Under the pieces are notes generated by a model, which saw only the letters and a list, made by a program, of their open reading frames with translations, ran no database searches and was not told the DNA's origin. DNA of 63,990 bases, counting the filler, from Asterionella formosa (Eukaryota), in assembly GCA_002256025.1 (NCBI GenBank). It is 5 parts of 5 records of this genome, joined end to end, with 100 filler letters (N's around TTAATTAATTAA, not from the genome) between each part and the next. Parts side by side here need not be neighbours in the genome. Positions count along the whole stretch, not along the records: positions 51,796 to 63,990 come from NKIB01007716.1; 4 more parts are not named here. One strand, written 5' to 3'. Positions 52,456 to 63,990 of this stretch are shown piece after piece. How positions within the stretch are numbered: the first letter of the stretch is position 1; the number at the start of each line of letters is the position of its first letter. Both the position numbers and the translations under genes were made by a program.

Positions 52456-53167
52456 CTACTCTTCCATTTTTGCGGGTTCGCTCGCACACACGGACCTTTC
52501 TGTATTCCAATCTCCTCCAAATGGTGCCGCCATGGGGTCACTGTCCAGGGCTACCTTTTTCCAAGCTGGAATATCTTCTTCCACGGCATGATCGTGTGCG
52601 TGTTCACATCCATGTCCCTCGTGTTCATGTCCATGGTCGTGTTCTTTGTGCTCCCTGTGCTCGTGCCCATGGTCGTGTGCGTTGTGTTCCTTATGCTCAT
52701 GTCCGTGGTCGTGTGCTTTATGCTCCTTGTGCTTCGGCGATCGATACAACGTGAGCTAACCAACTTAATAAGCATCAATATATCCATGCTGTCAACCAAC
52801 TCACCTCATGCTTGTGCTCGAGTTTGTGTTCCTCGTCGCCGTGACTCTGAATATCGTAACGGTCAAATGGAACGACAAAGGGGAATGTTAGAACAAGTCT
52901 CGTTTAATAAAATGAACAGCATGTCAATGGATTTCAACGCACTTCTTCCTCTGCACCATGCTCTCCGGCATGTCCGTGATCCGCAGTGCACTTGTCATGC
53001 CCATGGTAGTGAGCATGAGGGTCTGGGTCGCCCTTGGCCGCTACAACTTCCTCTAGTCCCTTGATTTCTTCACGGAGCGTTGCAATGTACGCACGAATTA
53101 CGACTTTCTGAGGGGCCGTTAGCTCGTCTAGAGTGGCCTTGACGTTTTCAGGGATGGGAGTGGGCAT
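52456..53167 (-). CDS. Small His/Glu-rich protein (putative metal-binding), ~180 aa
   Basis: Exons 53167-52943, 52846-52805 and 52731-52456, all GT..AG phase 0. Coiled-coil N-terminus, HAHYHGHDKCTADHGH, HDHGHEH repeats, and C-terminal PAWKK..DPMAAPFGGDW. Confidence 0.8.
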
Positions 53168-53384
53168 GCTGAATTTTAAAGCGATGGATAGATCCGGTCG
53201 ATTGTGATTTGTGATAAGATGCTTTCTGAAGACAAATTGGCCTGTTAGTGGCCTTGCTGTAACGGTAGGTCCAACAAGTTGTGACTTGAGGCCATTCCAG
53301 CAGTACTTTTTACTAGGTTAGTATGTATCTACGTAGAGGGTACAATCACGTTGTACCATAAAATGTCTGAAATTTTATTTTCCC

Positions 53385-53765
53385 CCCATAGGTGTGGAGG
53401 CAGCATTCCTAGCTAGAAGGTGGATGGATGAAGCCATTTGCATTGGTTGGACAGAAGGAATAGAAGAGCTTGGTTATGAAACAAAAGCTGAAACAGAAAA
53501 TTATTGAATTTCGCTCAACAAAGCGATGTATGAGACACTTCAGGGGGCTTAACTACAATTTTCTAATAAATTGGTTGAAATTCTGAAATTAGGGAGTCTG
53601 ACTCAGCATCAAGTGGACCCATGTATTTTCTATTTGAAACAGAATGGGAAATTAGCATTACTAATTGCTTTACACATTGATGACTGCGCATAAGCTGGAA
53701 TGCCCCAAGTGTTTTTGAGTGGTTCAAGAAGGAGACAAAGGAATATTTCACCATTAAAAAGAGTA
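53385..53765 (+). mobile_element. Ty1/Copia reverse transcriptase fragment (decayed)
   Basis: Translated pieces AFL..DEAICIGW.EG.EELG, LNKAMY, VDPCIFY and ALHIDDC. Confidence 0.7.
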
Positions 53766-53769
53766 CCCA

Positions 53770-56700
53770 TCAAATACTATGGATATCTGACTCATCAGTT
53801 GCGGTAAGCAGTAGGTCACCCCCAGTAAACCGGAGAACCCGAGCAATCTCGTTCCCGTATTTATCGCTCCTCTTGAATAAATAATCCAATATTTTGATTG
53901 ACCATAATAGAATAATACTTGCATAAAATATGCAAATCCCTCCAAGCAATCCATGCATCACCTCCCCATATAACATGCTGACAAATACTAGCTAGTAGTA
54001 GCTACCTTGTTAGTCTGGGCCTTGGTGAGCACATCTGCAAAATTGTACCATCAACCTTGAAGGGATGTGGAATTCAGCATGCCGCTGCCTCCCTCACCTT
54101 GTGATATGAGATGGCAACAAGTTTCTTCTTCAACAAACTAATATCCTTGATAGTTACATTCTGAACTACTACTCCAAGGTTGTCCCCAAACAGGTATGAT
54201 ACATGAGCCACCCAGCACACTCCCATTGAGTGTAGAATATAACGAATAGCTATGGTTTCTTCAACTGCAATGCGCATAGCACAGAAATCAGCACCATATC
54301 TTGATGTCTCCACTGCTCCTTGTCACCTACTCATAAAGAATACAGGTGTTCTTCCAACGAATATAATCAAACCGGTCACTGACCTGCGTGTGATCTTGTC
54401 ATGAGCATGATCTGAGTCGACAAATACAGTTATTTTTAACTAATCGACCAACGGGTTGGTAGGTTGCAGTCAACCTCCTCCTCAGATGCTTCCGGGTAGT
54501 CTTCACCAAGAATACTTGCATAGTCTTTAGAAAAAGCTTCCTCAAATCCTGAGAAGTCAGGCGACCTAGAACCCATAACAAGTCGCCTATTTGGACGCCT
54601 CTTGAGGTAGCCAAACACTTTCAATACCCGCTCAAGGTGTCCTTTTCTTGGACATGCAGAGAATCTTGACAATGACATTGTGGCATGTGCAACATCGAAT
54701 CTCCCAATTGTTGCTACCCAATTCAACATTCCAATTAACATCTGAAACTTTCTATGTTCGTCATCACTAAGAATTGTAGTGTCATCGAATTCTTGATGAT
54801 CATTTGCACTCATTGTAATTGTACTTTTGGGTTGCACGCCAAACATCACTTCAATTCTTGCAATCGACTCTTGTATGTATTTCTTGCATCCAAAATACCA
54901 CCTGCCCTTCTTGTCCTTCTTGAAGTCGTTCCCAAGACAATATTCTGGACGACCTTCAGACTTGATTGTATAGACCTGCTTGAGTCCTTCCTTAAATACT
55001 TCAGGAGTTTCCGACACTATCATGAAGTCATCTGAGTGGTTGCAGATATATTTATAGTATAATGTATCATTGCTCATCTTGTACCACACATCTTTGTCAT
55101 CATACCAAGTTGGCTTGAACCCCATTCCTCGGATCGTGTCTGTAAAATGTGCCCACCAACGCTCAGAGCTTGATCTCAAACCGTATAGTGCTTTTCGGAT
55201 GAGAATGATTGATCCCCTCAACTCCTCTCCAAAATCTGGTCCAGCACGGCAGTATACTAGNNNNNNNNNNNNNNNNNNNNNNNNNNNNNNNNNNNNNNNN
55301 NNNNNNNNNNNNNNNNNNNNNNNNNNNNNNNNNNNNNNNNNNNNNNNNNNNNNNNNNNNNNNNNNNNNNNNNNNNNNNNNNNNNNNNNNNNNNNNNNNNN
55401 NNNNNNNNNNNNNNNNNNNNNNNNNNNNNNNNNNNNNNNNNNNNNNNNNNNNNNNNNNNNNNNNNNNNNNNNNNNNNNNNNNNNNNNNNNNNNNNNNNNN
55501 NNNNNNNNNNNNNNNNNNNNNNNNNNNNNNNNNNNNNNNNNNNNNNNNNNNNNNNNNNNNNNNNNNNNNNNNNNNNNNNNNNNNNNNNNNNNNNNNNNNN
55601 NNNNNNNNNNNNNNNNNNNNNNNNNNNNNNNNNNNNNNNNNNNNNNNNNNNNNNNNNNNNNNNNNNNNNNNNNNNNNNNNNNNNGTTTGATTGCCTCTTG
55701 CCAGAATGTGTTCCCACTTGTTCGCTTGACCAATTCCATTGCATGGGTGACATTTTGTGGGACCTCAACGCCATACTTGAGAATTTGTTTTGTAATCTTA
55801 GGATTCTTTCTTCTTCTTTATGTCGCCACGCCTCACTGTGTACACCTGATCACAGACCATCAAAATGATACTCATATAACCTTGCAATTATTCAGACAGC
55901 TCGTTTGATGTCTCGAAGTGCTTTCTTTGCCCATTGCATGATTCTATCTAGCTAGGCGTTTGGAACGACTGAAATCAATGTCTACAATGTATTGTGCTGT
56001 TCGTGTTTGGATGGTCAAGCTTTAAGTCCTGAAATGATTCCCAGGAGACACATTCAGTATCCCAGTGCACCTCCAACTCAAGTTGCCTGGCCTTCCGGCG
56101 ATGTGCACGAGTATAAGTTACCCTAGAACCAATCATCTTTGTTGCCTTTGTATTCTCTTCAGTATCATGCATATAGGATCAAGGGTATCGTAAGCTAAGT
56201 GGCACAGGATTTTCGTATATATGATAATTTTTGGATCAAAACTATGATCAAGGTATCCTATAACTATGATGATTTATTAATATTTTACCGACCTTGAAGT
56301 ATATTGATAATAAGAACATTATCATCACACAATGTATATCAACTAATCAAAACAACATATCTCATCAGTATCATAAAACTTCTCATATTATTTTCACTTC
56401 TCATGATCGCCCGATGTAAATTATTACTACAAGGCATCCTAAAATCAGCTCAACTCTATGCTATCATGTGAATTTTTTCATCGTAAATCTATCTTAAACA
56501 TGATCACAATTCTAATCAAAAGCATTGTTCAAAAAGGATTGGAATGGATCGTAATTTAAGTAACAAATTTAACAATGATATTTCTGTTTCGACAGCTACC
56601 CGAGGAATGCTCCTCTCCTCTCCACTCGTCTCAAAGTATATTCCTGTCTCGCCCTTTTCTTCCTCTTTTCTGAATCTTGTGCCAAGCAATGCCTTACTAA

Positions 56701-59700
56701 TGTTGCGTCTCTTTCTCTACTGTTAGTGTCATTCTGAACTCGCTGACTGTTCCGTTGTTTGATCGGTTTTATTGTCCTATACAGTTACAGTAAAAATGAG
56801 AAGGAATGACTTGATAGCTAAACATGTTACACTGACACAACATCACGCCATTCCATCTTTTCCTCTTTCTTGCTTCACTTACCACAAATCAAAGCAAGTG
56901 AAGCATAGCTCTGTAATAGTAAATGGTCAGTAAATTCTTGAATAAGTATGTTTCAGGTTTCCAATGTTGCCAAATAAACTTACCGATTCATTTTCATTAG
57001 CTTAACTTTGAGAGGAGGTAGACGTGGCGTGTCCGTCAGTTATGTTCCATCAGAAGTGAATAGGTCCAATGACAAGAGCACTTACCAATTTTGCTTGTTT
57101 TGTTTTGTTTTGTTTTACATTGGTGCCCCCAACAAGCGAAACGAGCTATTGAATCAACTGAGAAAAAAAGAAATGTGCATTTAGTTTACAATTTGTTGTT
57201 GTCCTGCCTCCCAAAGATTTTCTTCCAAGTACCACATTGCTGGATTCATTACCGTAAACATACTCCATCCTTCGAAGGCGCAATGTGTCGAAGCCACAAT
57301 GTGTTTTTCGTTATTGCGTAAACTTTCCTTTCTTGTCGTGTGTTTTACTACGATATTTCTTTTCATGAAGCAGGCATTATTTGTTAACATGACAGAACGA
57401 TTTCAAATACATTTGCCATGTATATATAGTTAAAAATTTGTAAATATATAAATATATCAAGTGTCGTACATTTATAAAAATCAAAGGCACTCTCAGTATG
57501 GAAAGTCTGGTATTGTTGAGATGATTATATTTGCATATAGATAATTGGAAAATATTCAATGCACAATATATTCATTGTTTTCCACAACTTCGTGTACCGG
57601 TACTTTTTAAAATTTTTTTGCATCCATATTTTTTACGTCTGTTGGAACTAATTATTTGGACCATTCAATTGGTGTAGATCATAACCCATTTGTAACATTA
57701 TTTATAAGCAAGGATTTTGGTAGCAAATTTTTTAATCCCCTTTTTTGGGCGAAAGTTTTCCACAGCCAATTTTACTTGGCCACTATCATCTTCTGGTTGA
57801 AAAAACATGGAATCATGTTCAGTGGCCATGATGATCTGCATTGGTACTTTGGTGCCAGTATAGAAAGATTCCGATAAACCAATTTCTTCAGGTGTATGGG
57901 ATTCTTGTGAAAGATATCCTGTATTGGTGTATAACAATTCCAATTGTTTCGTACATCCAGGTATGATGCAGTGGTCCTTACGGGCAAGGTGAAATACTTG
58001 ATCATAAGGTTCATCCAAACTTGCATCGTTTCCTTGATCACGGACTTGAAATAATCCATCATTTATAGCAAAAAGATTATGCACAAAATGGTTGTTTTCC
58101 TCCTCATATGATCTTTTGCAATTAACGATTAGCATATAGTTACTGTCATGATGAAGTGGATGACAATCACCTTAGTATATATACGGTTTGTTATTACCCT
58201 TTTCTGGGTTGTCATCCGGATCAAATATAATCTTGCTTTATACATCAGTTGGATGAAGTTCATGAATTATATTATGAATCATAGAGGTAATTGTTTCAAG
58301 GTCCCAATATGCAAGATCTTTAAAATCTGAAGATGATTTTTTGATACCTTTGACACCATAGAAACAATACATATGATAATTAAATGTATGTAGTCAAAAG
58401 GGTTACTATTTAAATTACAAAGGCATTTATCAAAATTATTAGATGATATAACGAAATCTTATGATCAGATGATCACAATCCTATGATGCATCATGGAAAT
58501 ATGATAGTTTGTTTTGCAGACGTAGCTCGTTATTGATCTCATCACAGATTTCAATGCTGTTTGTTGCATCAAGTGGATCAAAGTCAAACTGAAAATCATT
58601 GGTGTTGGATGGTGGATTTTTTTATTGTTGTTTTCTACTTCTTTTGAAGTGCATTGCTCCTCTTCTCCTGCTCCTCTAGACTCTTTAGTGTTTTATTTAT
58701 CTGAGGAGTAGTAGGAGCAATTTGAACCAGACGAATAGGATCGTGATCCTCTGGTTCATCTAGAGGTTCAGGAATAGGACTGCTGGTGGGAGCTATCCTT
58801 GAGCGTTTTCGATCCTTCATTTTTGTTAGTATGGACTTGATTGTAAGGTCACCATAAGATACCTCATCACTGAAAGGCTCAGCTGAAGTTTCCTTTTGTG
58901 GTCGAACAATATTACGAATGAGTTCTACACCTTTTTCCCATGTACCATCAGGACATGTCCAAATGCGATAAGTGAAAGCATCTCCATGGTTCCATGCGAT
59001 ACCAACAAGCCTTCCAAGAAGGAAGTTTGAGTTCGTTTACTTGGCTGTTGGTTCATAGCAATAGATTGCCTGCCAGAAGAAGGAAAATCGAAACACAGAA
59101 ATGTCTGGAGTTCATCCATTAAGTTTTTCAATGGGAGTCCTCCAATACAGTCCCTTATGTGCTGAATGATTTAGGCAATCGATAACCCACATCATGCAAA
59201 AGCACCAGAAGGTCAGAGGAGCTTTTGCCAAGCGTAGAGACAAAATAGTTCAAGATATAATGTCCTGGATTTTGAGCTCTGCCTGGTTCTGGTTTTGGTT
59301 GTGTGGGACAGAATGGATTTGTTTTGTGATGTTTTCCCAGCTTGCTTTAGTCCACAATGTCCCAGACTGAGTTTGAGAGCTATCAGTCAACAAAATGTTG
59401 GGAGCTCCAACCTCACACACAAAATCCTGGTATGCTCCATGTGAATGTGTCTCTCTAAACATACAAAGTGCAAACAGAAATTGCGATGGAATATGAATTA
59501 AGAGTTGCACCACACATAACAAGTAGTTCCGGATAGACTTGATAGATGAGAGAAACATATCCGAATCTGTCCTGTCATCAACTCGATTAGGATGAAGAGT
59601 AATTAGACGACGCTTCTTTCGATGCTGTCTGGGTGTTTCTCTATTTTCCATTTCAACTCTTTGGGTGCAGAGCTGTGTTGTTTTGCTTCGAGTGTCTTCT

Positions 59701-59930
59701 TGGTTACAATCTCAGTTGAATCTTCAAGACATTTCTCCCAGAGAGTTGGCTCCTCTTCAACAATGCTTCCGCAACCCCTCCTAGATGACTGCTTCAACAA
59801 CTCAGATGAGTTCTTGTTGGGAATTCATGGTGTCAACAACCAATGACTTGTGTGGGATTTTGCTTCTTCCATTGAAGGTAGGCGAACATTTAATGTAAGA
59901 AGTTTTTCATCATCACTGAACAATAGTTTA
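53770..59930 (-). mobile_element. Decayed CoDi-type Ty1/Copia LTR retrotransposon (integrase, chromodomain-like, RT, RNase H, PPT, partial 3' LTR), interrupted by an insertion
   Basis: Integrase HSVPHNQNQNQAE. Chromo-like LEVHWDTECVSWE. RT KALYGLRSS..HSDDF..FQMLIGMLNW. RNase H VDSDHAHD..ETSRYGADF..FGDNLG..ISYHKVREA..NFADVLTK. PPT GGGGAGG (53961-53967) followed by TG. Confidence 0.9.
56183..58510. mobile_element. AT-rich insertion within the Copia element, unknown superfamily
   Basis: Copia coding sequence stops at ~56180 and resumes at ~58520. Both ends are rich in ATGAT/ATCAT. The left end resembles 17862. There are decayed minus-strand ORF remnants inside. Confidence 0.55.
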
Positions 59931-59989
59931 ATCTGAATACACTTTTTAGCTAAGTATAAAGGCGACTTCAGAAAACACTATTGTAGTAC

Positions 59990-62900
59990 TACAGCAGCAA
60001 TCTTTCAAAATTGAAGTGCAGCGACTATGGTCACTTCCGGGTCCTGTTAGTTAATTATCACCCAAAACAACACCCTCACCATGATGAAAGCGGCGATAAA
60101 ACCGGAGAAAGAATGTAGAGGGCTGCAGATTTCATGGAGCTAGAGAAACAGGTGGCACTGACTACTACTAAACTGGCCAAGGATCCATTGAGGACTGAAA
60201 AATCGGCGGCCAAGAACATTAATCCGACGGATCTAGCCGCCCACAAGAAAGCAAAGCATCAACCAAGGAACATCGATGGCGAACACGACGGTGATGGAGC
60301 TCATGGACAACCTTTCATACTCCATGGAAGCATCAGAAGCATCAGTGGACATCAGAGACAAAAAGCGCAAGCAGTAAACAATCAAATTCACACAGGCATC
60401 AAAGAAGACAACCAACAACACCTCAGCAGAGCAATGGATCAAGCAAGCCTCGAGCTTCCTCAGATTCCGAAGTCAGCAAGCATAGCAAAGAAGCAGTTGG
60501 ACTAACAGTCCTGGCATGGAAATCCAAGGTTAGAGGGATCATCCTGCAGAATGCAGACTTCAAACTCCAGTTGGAGCAGTTCTTGGAAAAACTTGACACC
60601 CTTCTTCAGCTAATGATTAAAGAAGACAGCTCCATCAAGTTACTTCTGGTAGAGTTAGGTACCAAGTAAATGTCACCAAAGGCGGTTCTAAAGCTAGAAA
60701 AATAGGAGCAAAACCGGTTTATCAAATTTTCTGAAGGTACAAGGAAGACATGCATCAATGCATACCTTCACATCAAGTCCCTATCTTCATACCAAAAGAT
60801 AAAAAGGATAGTTCTAAAACACTTACAGGAACAATGAATGTATGTAGATGAATATGAAATACAGATCCTTGATGAAGTGCAACTTCGATGGTTGTTTGGG
60901 AAAAGCAGCTTTGTAGTCTCAGCAGAGGTCACCAAACGCTGGCTGGAGGCATTAATGGGACAGGAACTGGCACAGACATTGGATTTTCAGGTGCGAAGCC
61001 AGGGTATTAAGTTCTCCCAGTTCAGGATAGAAACAAAACATATGCATATGTGAATAGTGCAAGCTGAGCAACATCGAAGGACACCTACTATGAAGCTCTA
61101 ACCAAAATTCTACCTATCCGAACAGATTACACAGTCGTACTTGTGGGCTAGTATCAAGCACAAAACTATGCAGCTGTCCAGGATGATGAGGGCGTAAATC
61201 AATACTATATCCAACAGAAATGGTTGACAACAACATTACGAGCTAAAGATGTCAGGGTTCATGGACATTGACACAAAGATTGTGTAGAAAGGAGAGTCAA
61301 CCACTTTTCGCCACTTCATGATGGGAGCTACAGACGCAACAGGAAATCGTATCTCTGTAAGGCGGACTTTACTTTGATGGGAGTACCAATCATTGTCTAT
61401 CCCACAGCACATGAAGTATTAGCACTCCAATGAGCAAGGGAATTCAAAAAATCTAATTCTAAAGGAGTTCCAAGGGGCGGCACCTCCCACATAGTACTCG
61501 ATGAAACAAGTTCCCATTGGAGGAGCTCAAACAGTCGAGGAGAAAAAAATTGAATGCACTGTTGACAAGGCTCAAGTGAACAAGAACAATGGAAAAAGTG
61601 GCCAATGGTCTTCAGACACAGTTTGAGGTTACAACCAAGGCAACAATTCCAATGAAACAAACCGCTAAGAAACATTATGTCAACTCGTGCAAGGTCATGG
61701 CAGCTACAGATGTCACTGACCAGCTGACATTGGACACATCAGACCAGTCAAATGTACTTGAAACTCTTCAAAAAGAGCTGAAAACACAAATTGAGTCAAC
61801 GGATGAAAAGCTACTAGCGAAACTAATCTCAGAATGGACAAATTCATTGGCTACCAAGTGACTGCAAGCAACCCATCACACCAGCCAGAGAGCGTCGCAG
61901 GTGTCATTACTAACAACCCAGACAAGCGTCAACAAAGCAACACTCCTAGCGCTGAACAAGACAATGGAAAAACTGGTCCAGGCACTGGAAAAACGAAGTG
62001 GCAGTAAACCTTGAAAGGACAACTCAAAAGAGTCAAGCATAGGAGGAAAAACAGAGAGCATCACAAAGGATTCATCCAACCAAGCACTCTTGGACCACAA
62101 CATTACCCGGTCATCACCAGCATTTCTTCTCACCACGATGGACAGCGATGCACTGGATGAATATGTTAGAAGCCTCCCATCGTTATCCCAGAGAAAGGAG
62201 AATGCGGAAAAGTGGGAGACCATGAGACCTTGGAAAAAACGAGCAAAGAAACATGCCACGAGACAGCAGTAAGAATCATCTAGGAATACCTCTTCCAAGG
62301 GAACCACTTCATCAGAGGATGGGAAGACAAAAGTTTTATCGAACACAGGCAAAAAGCACCAAAGGCTCCTCTCCAAGACAAAGGAGGGAGAAATCCATCG
62401 GGGAAGAAGACAGCAACAACACCAACAAGAAGAATTGATAGAGACAAATCATATCACTCTCTGCTGGTTCATAGAAACGGAGCACAAAGACATCCAAGTA
62501 GCAGAACACACACAATCAGGGCAGGTCCCACGGTCACACACAGATAAAACACAACTTAGCAACCCAGAAAACACACCACAAAAGATAAAAAAGCATTTCA
62601 CAACAATACTCAGATCCACCAAAGAAACCCAAAAATTCGAAACCTAACAAGGCAAACTGAAAAGCGCAACACAAGGAGCCAAAGGGTACAATCAAAGATA
62701 CAGGCAAGAACAAAAAATCCAGACATAGAGTCTCAAATCGCTCACATGGGGAGACGAACCCATAGCCATAGAGGACACAACCTTCAGAGTCTACTTCCAA
62801 AACATCAAGGGGCTACATCTCCAAGGACCTCATCAGACCTCATTTTTAATCTAGAATCTATGTGCGATATAGAAGCAAGTGTGTTTGGTTGGGCAGAAAC

Positions 62901-63990
62901 AAACACTAACTGGAATCAAGAGGACGCACACCAGGCAGAATACAGGGGAAAAGCCTCCCAATTATTTCAAATGAACAATACAGTGTTCTCCTCTAGCGAC
63001 ATGCCATCTGCCTCAATGTACAAACCAGGAGGAATTACAATGACTCTGACCGACAAATTATGTGGGACGGCCAAGCCGGGTGCAGGAAAAGATCCCTCAG
63101 GCATTGGCAGGTGGAGTTACATGGTATTGAAGGGTAAAACTGGTCAGGAATTATTAGTAATAACTGCATATAGAGTATCTCAAGTCTCAATGCCCCAACA
63201 TGGGGAAGGCACCACATATCATCAGGAGCATATGATCATGTCAAAAACAGGGAACATCAACCCAAACCAAAGGAAGCAGTTTATTCTAGACATGATTAAG
63301 TTCATTCAAGACCACCAGGGCAGAGGAAGAGAAATTTTACTTATGCTTGATGCAAACGAGGAGGTTGCTTAAAAATCAAGGTATAACCGCTCTAGTCCAG
63401 GAATGTTTGATCCATGACATTTTAGTAACATCCCATCCTGATAAAGAAATGCCAGTAACATTCTTCAACAGAGGTTCAAAGACCATCGACTACATATTTG
63501 GAAGCCAAAGGTGCTAGGAAAAAATCCTGCTGAGGGCAGGAGCGCTACCATTTTACCACCAAATACAGGCGGACCACAGAGCAATATATGCAGACTTCGA
63601 TGGGAAAAAGCTCTTTGTTGGGAACCAGTCCTCAATCATCTTGGCAAAACATAGAACCTTCTCATCCAACAAACCAGCAGAGGTTGCGAAATATCTACAG
63701 GCAGTCAAAAAGTACTGGAGACTCCATAACATATCTGAATGGATAGAGAAACTACATGAGAACATGAAAGACAAAGAAATCCAGGAGGTGCAGTAGGACT
63801 GGGAAAGTCTAGACAAGGGATCGGCAGGGCCATGAAGATAGGATAAAAGGCGCTCAAGAAACCGTCTGGAAGATACTCCTGGCTGGTCCAAAACTCTACG
63901 TCGTGCAGCATACACTAGACAATACTGGAAAAAGAGAACAAAGCTTCACAAATATGGCATAGAAGAGACAGAATCCCTAGATAGAATTAG
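59990..63990 (+). mobile_element. Decayed non-LTR retrotransposon (LINE): ORF1 remnants and ORF2 APE endonuclease, runs off the window
   Basis: APE motifs RVYFQNIKG, GWAETNTNW, YKPGG, DPSGIGRWS, VITAYRV, MLDANE, TIDYIFG and ADHRAIYADF. Many stops. The 5' boundary is approximate. Confidence 0.88.

Noticed and set aside
56164..58505. Possible target-site duplication (13/16 match between 56164-56179 and 58490-58505)
   Set aside because: Both ends are ATGAT-rich, so the match may be chance, and it does not abut the inferred terminus exactly.

Overview
This is eukaryotic nuclear DNA, very probably from a diatom. The evidence is GT-AG introns, bipartite signal-peptide+F plastid presequences, a diatom-style HSF, RXL-motif membrane proteins and CoDi-type Copia elements. 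The window is not contiguous. It is five ~12.8-12.9 kb scaffolds joined by an artificial 100-bp linker (44N-TTAATTAATTAA-44N), so gene order across linkers is meaningless. Intact-looking genes: two inverted GT61 glycosyltransferase paralogs flanking a DUF4239/bestrophin-like membrane protein, an unknown secreted protein, the ERD2/KDEL receptor, a mitochondrion-targeted protein resembling an isolated SRP54/Ffh M domain, a tail-anchored RRP6/RNase D-like exonuclease, two RXL-motif Pro/Thr-rich single-pass membrane proteins, a kinesin, a plastid aminotransferase, an HSF and a His-rich protein. The accessory DNA holds a fragmented Crinkler (CRN)-type Ubl-NTPase-REase locus, a decayed Ginger/KRBA2-like integrase+Ulp1 transposon, a family of long foldback elements starting TTAA|GGTT, nested Copia elements and a decayed LINE. 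The palindrome TACC(W)GGTA is strikingly over-represented in intergenic DNA. All family assignments are by motif recognition only; no searches were run.
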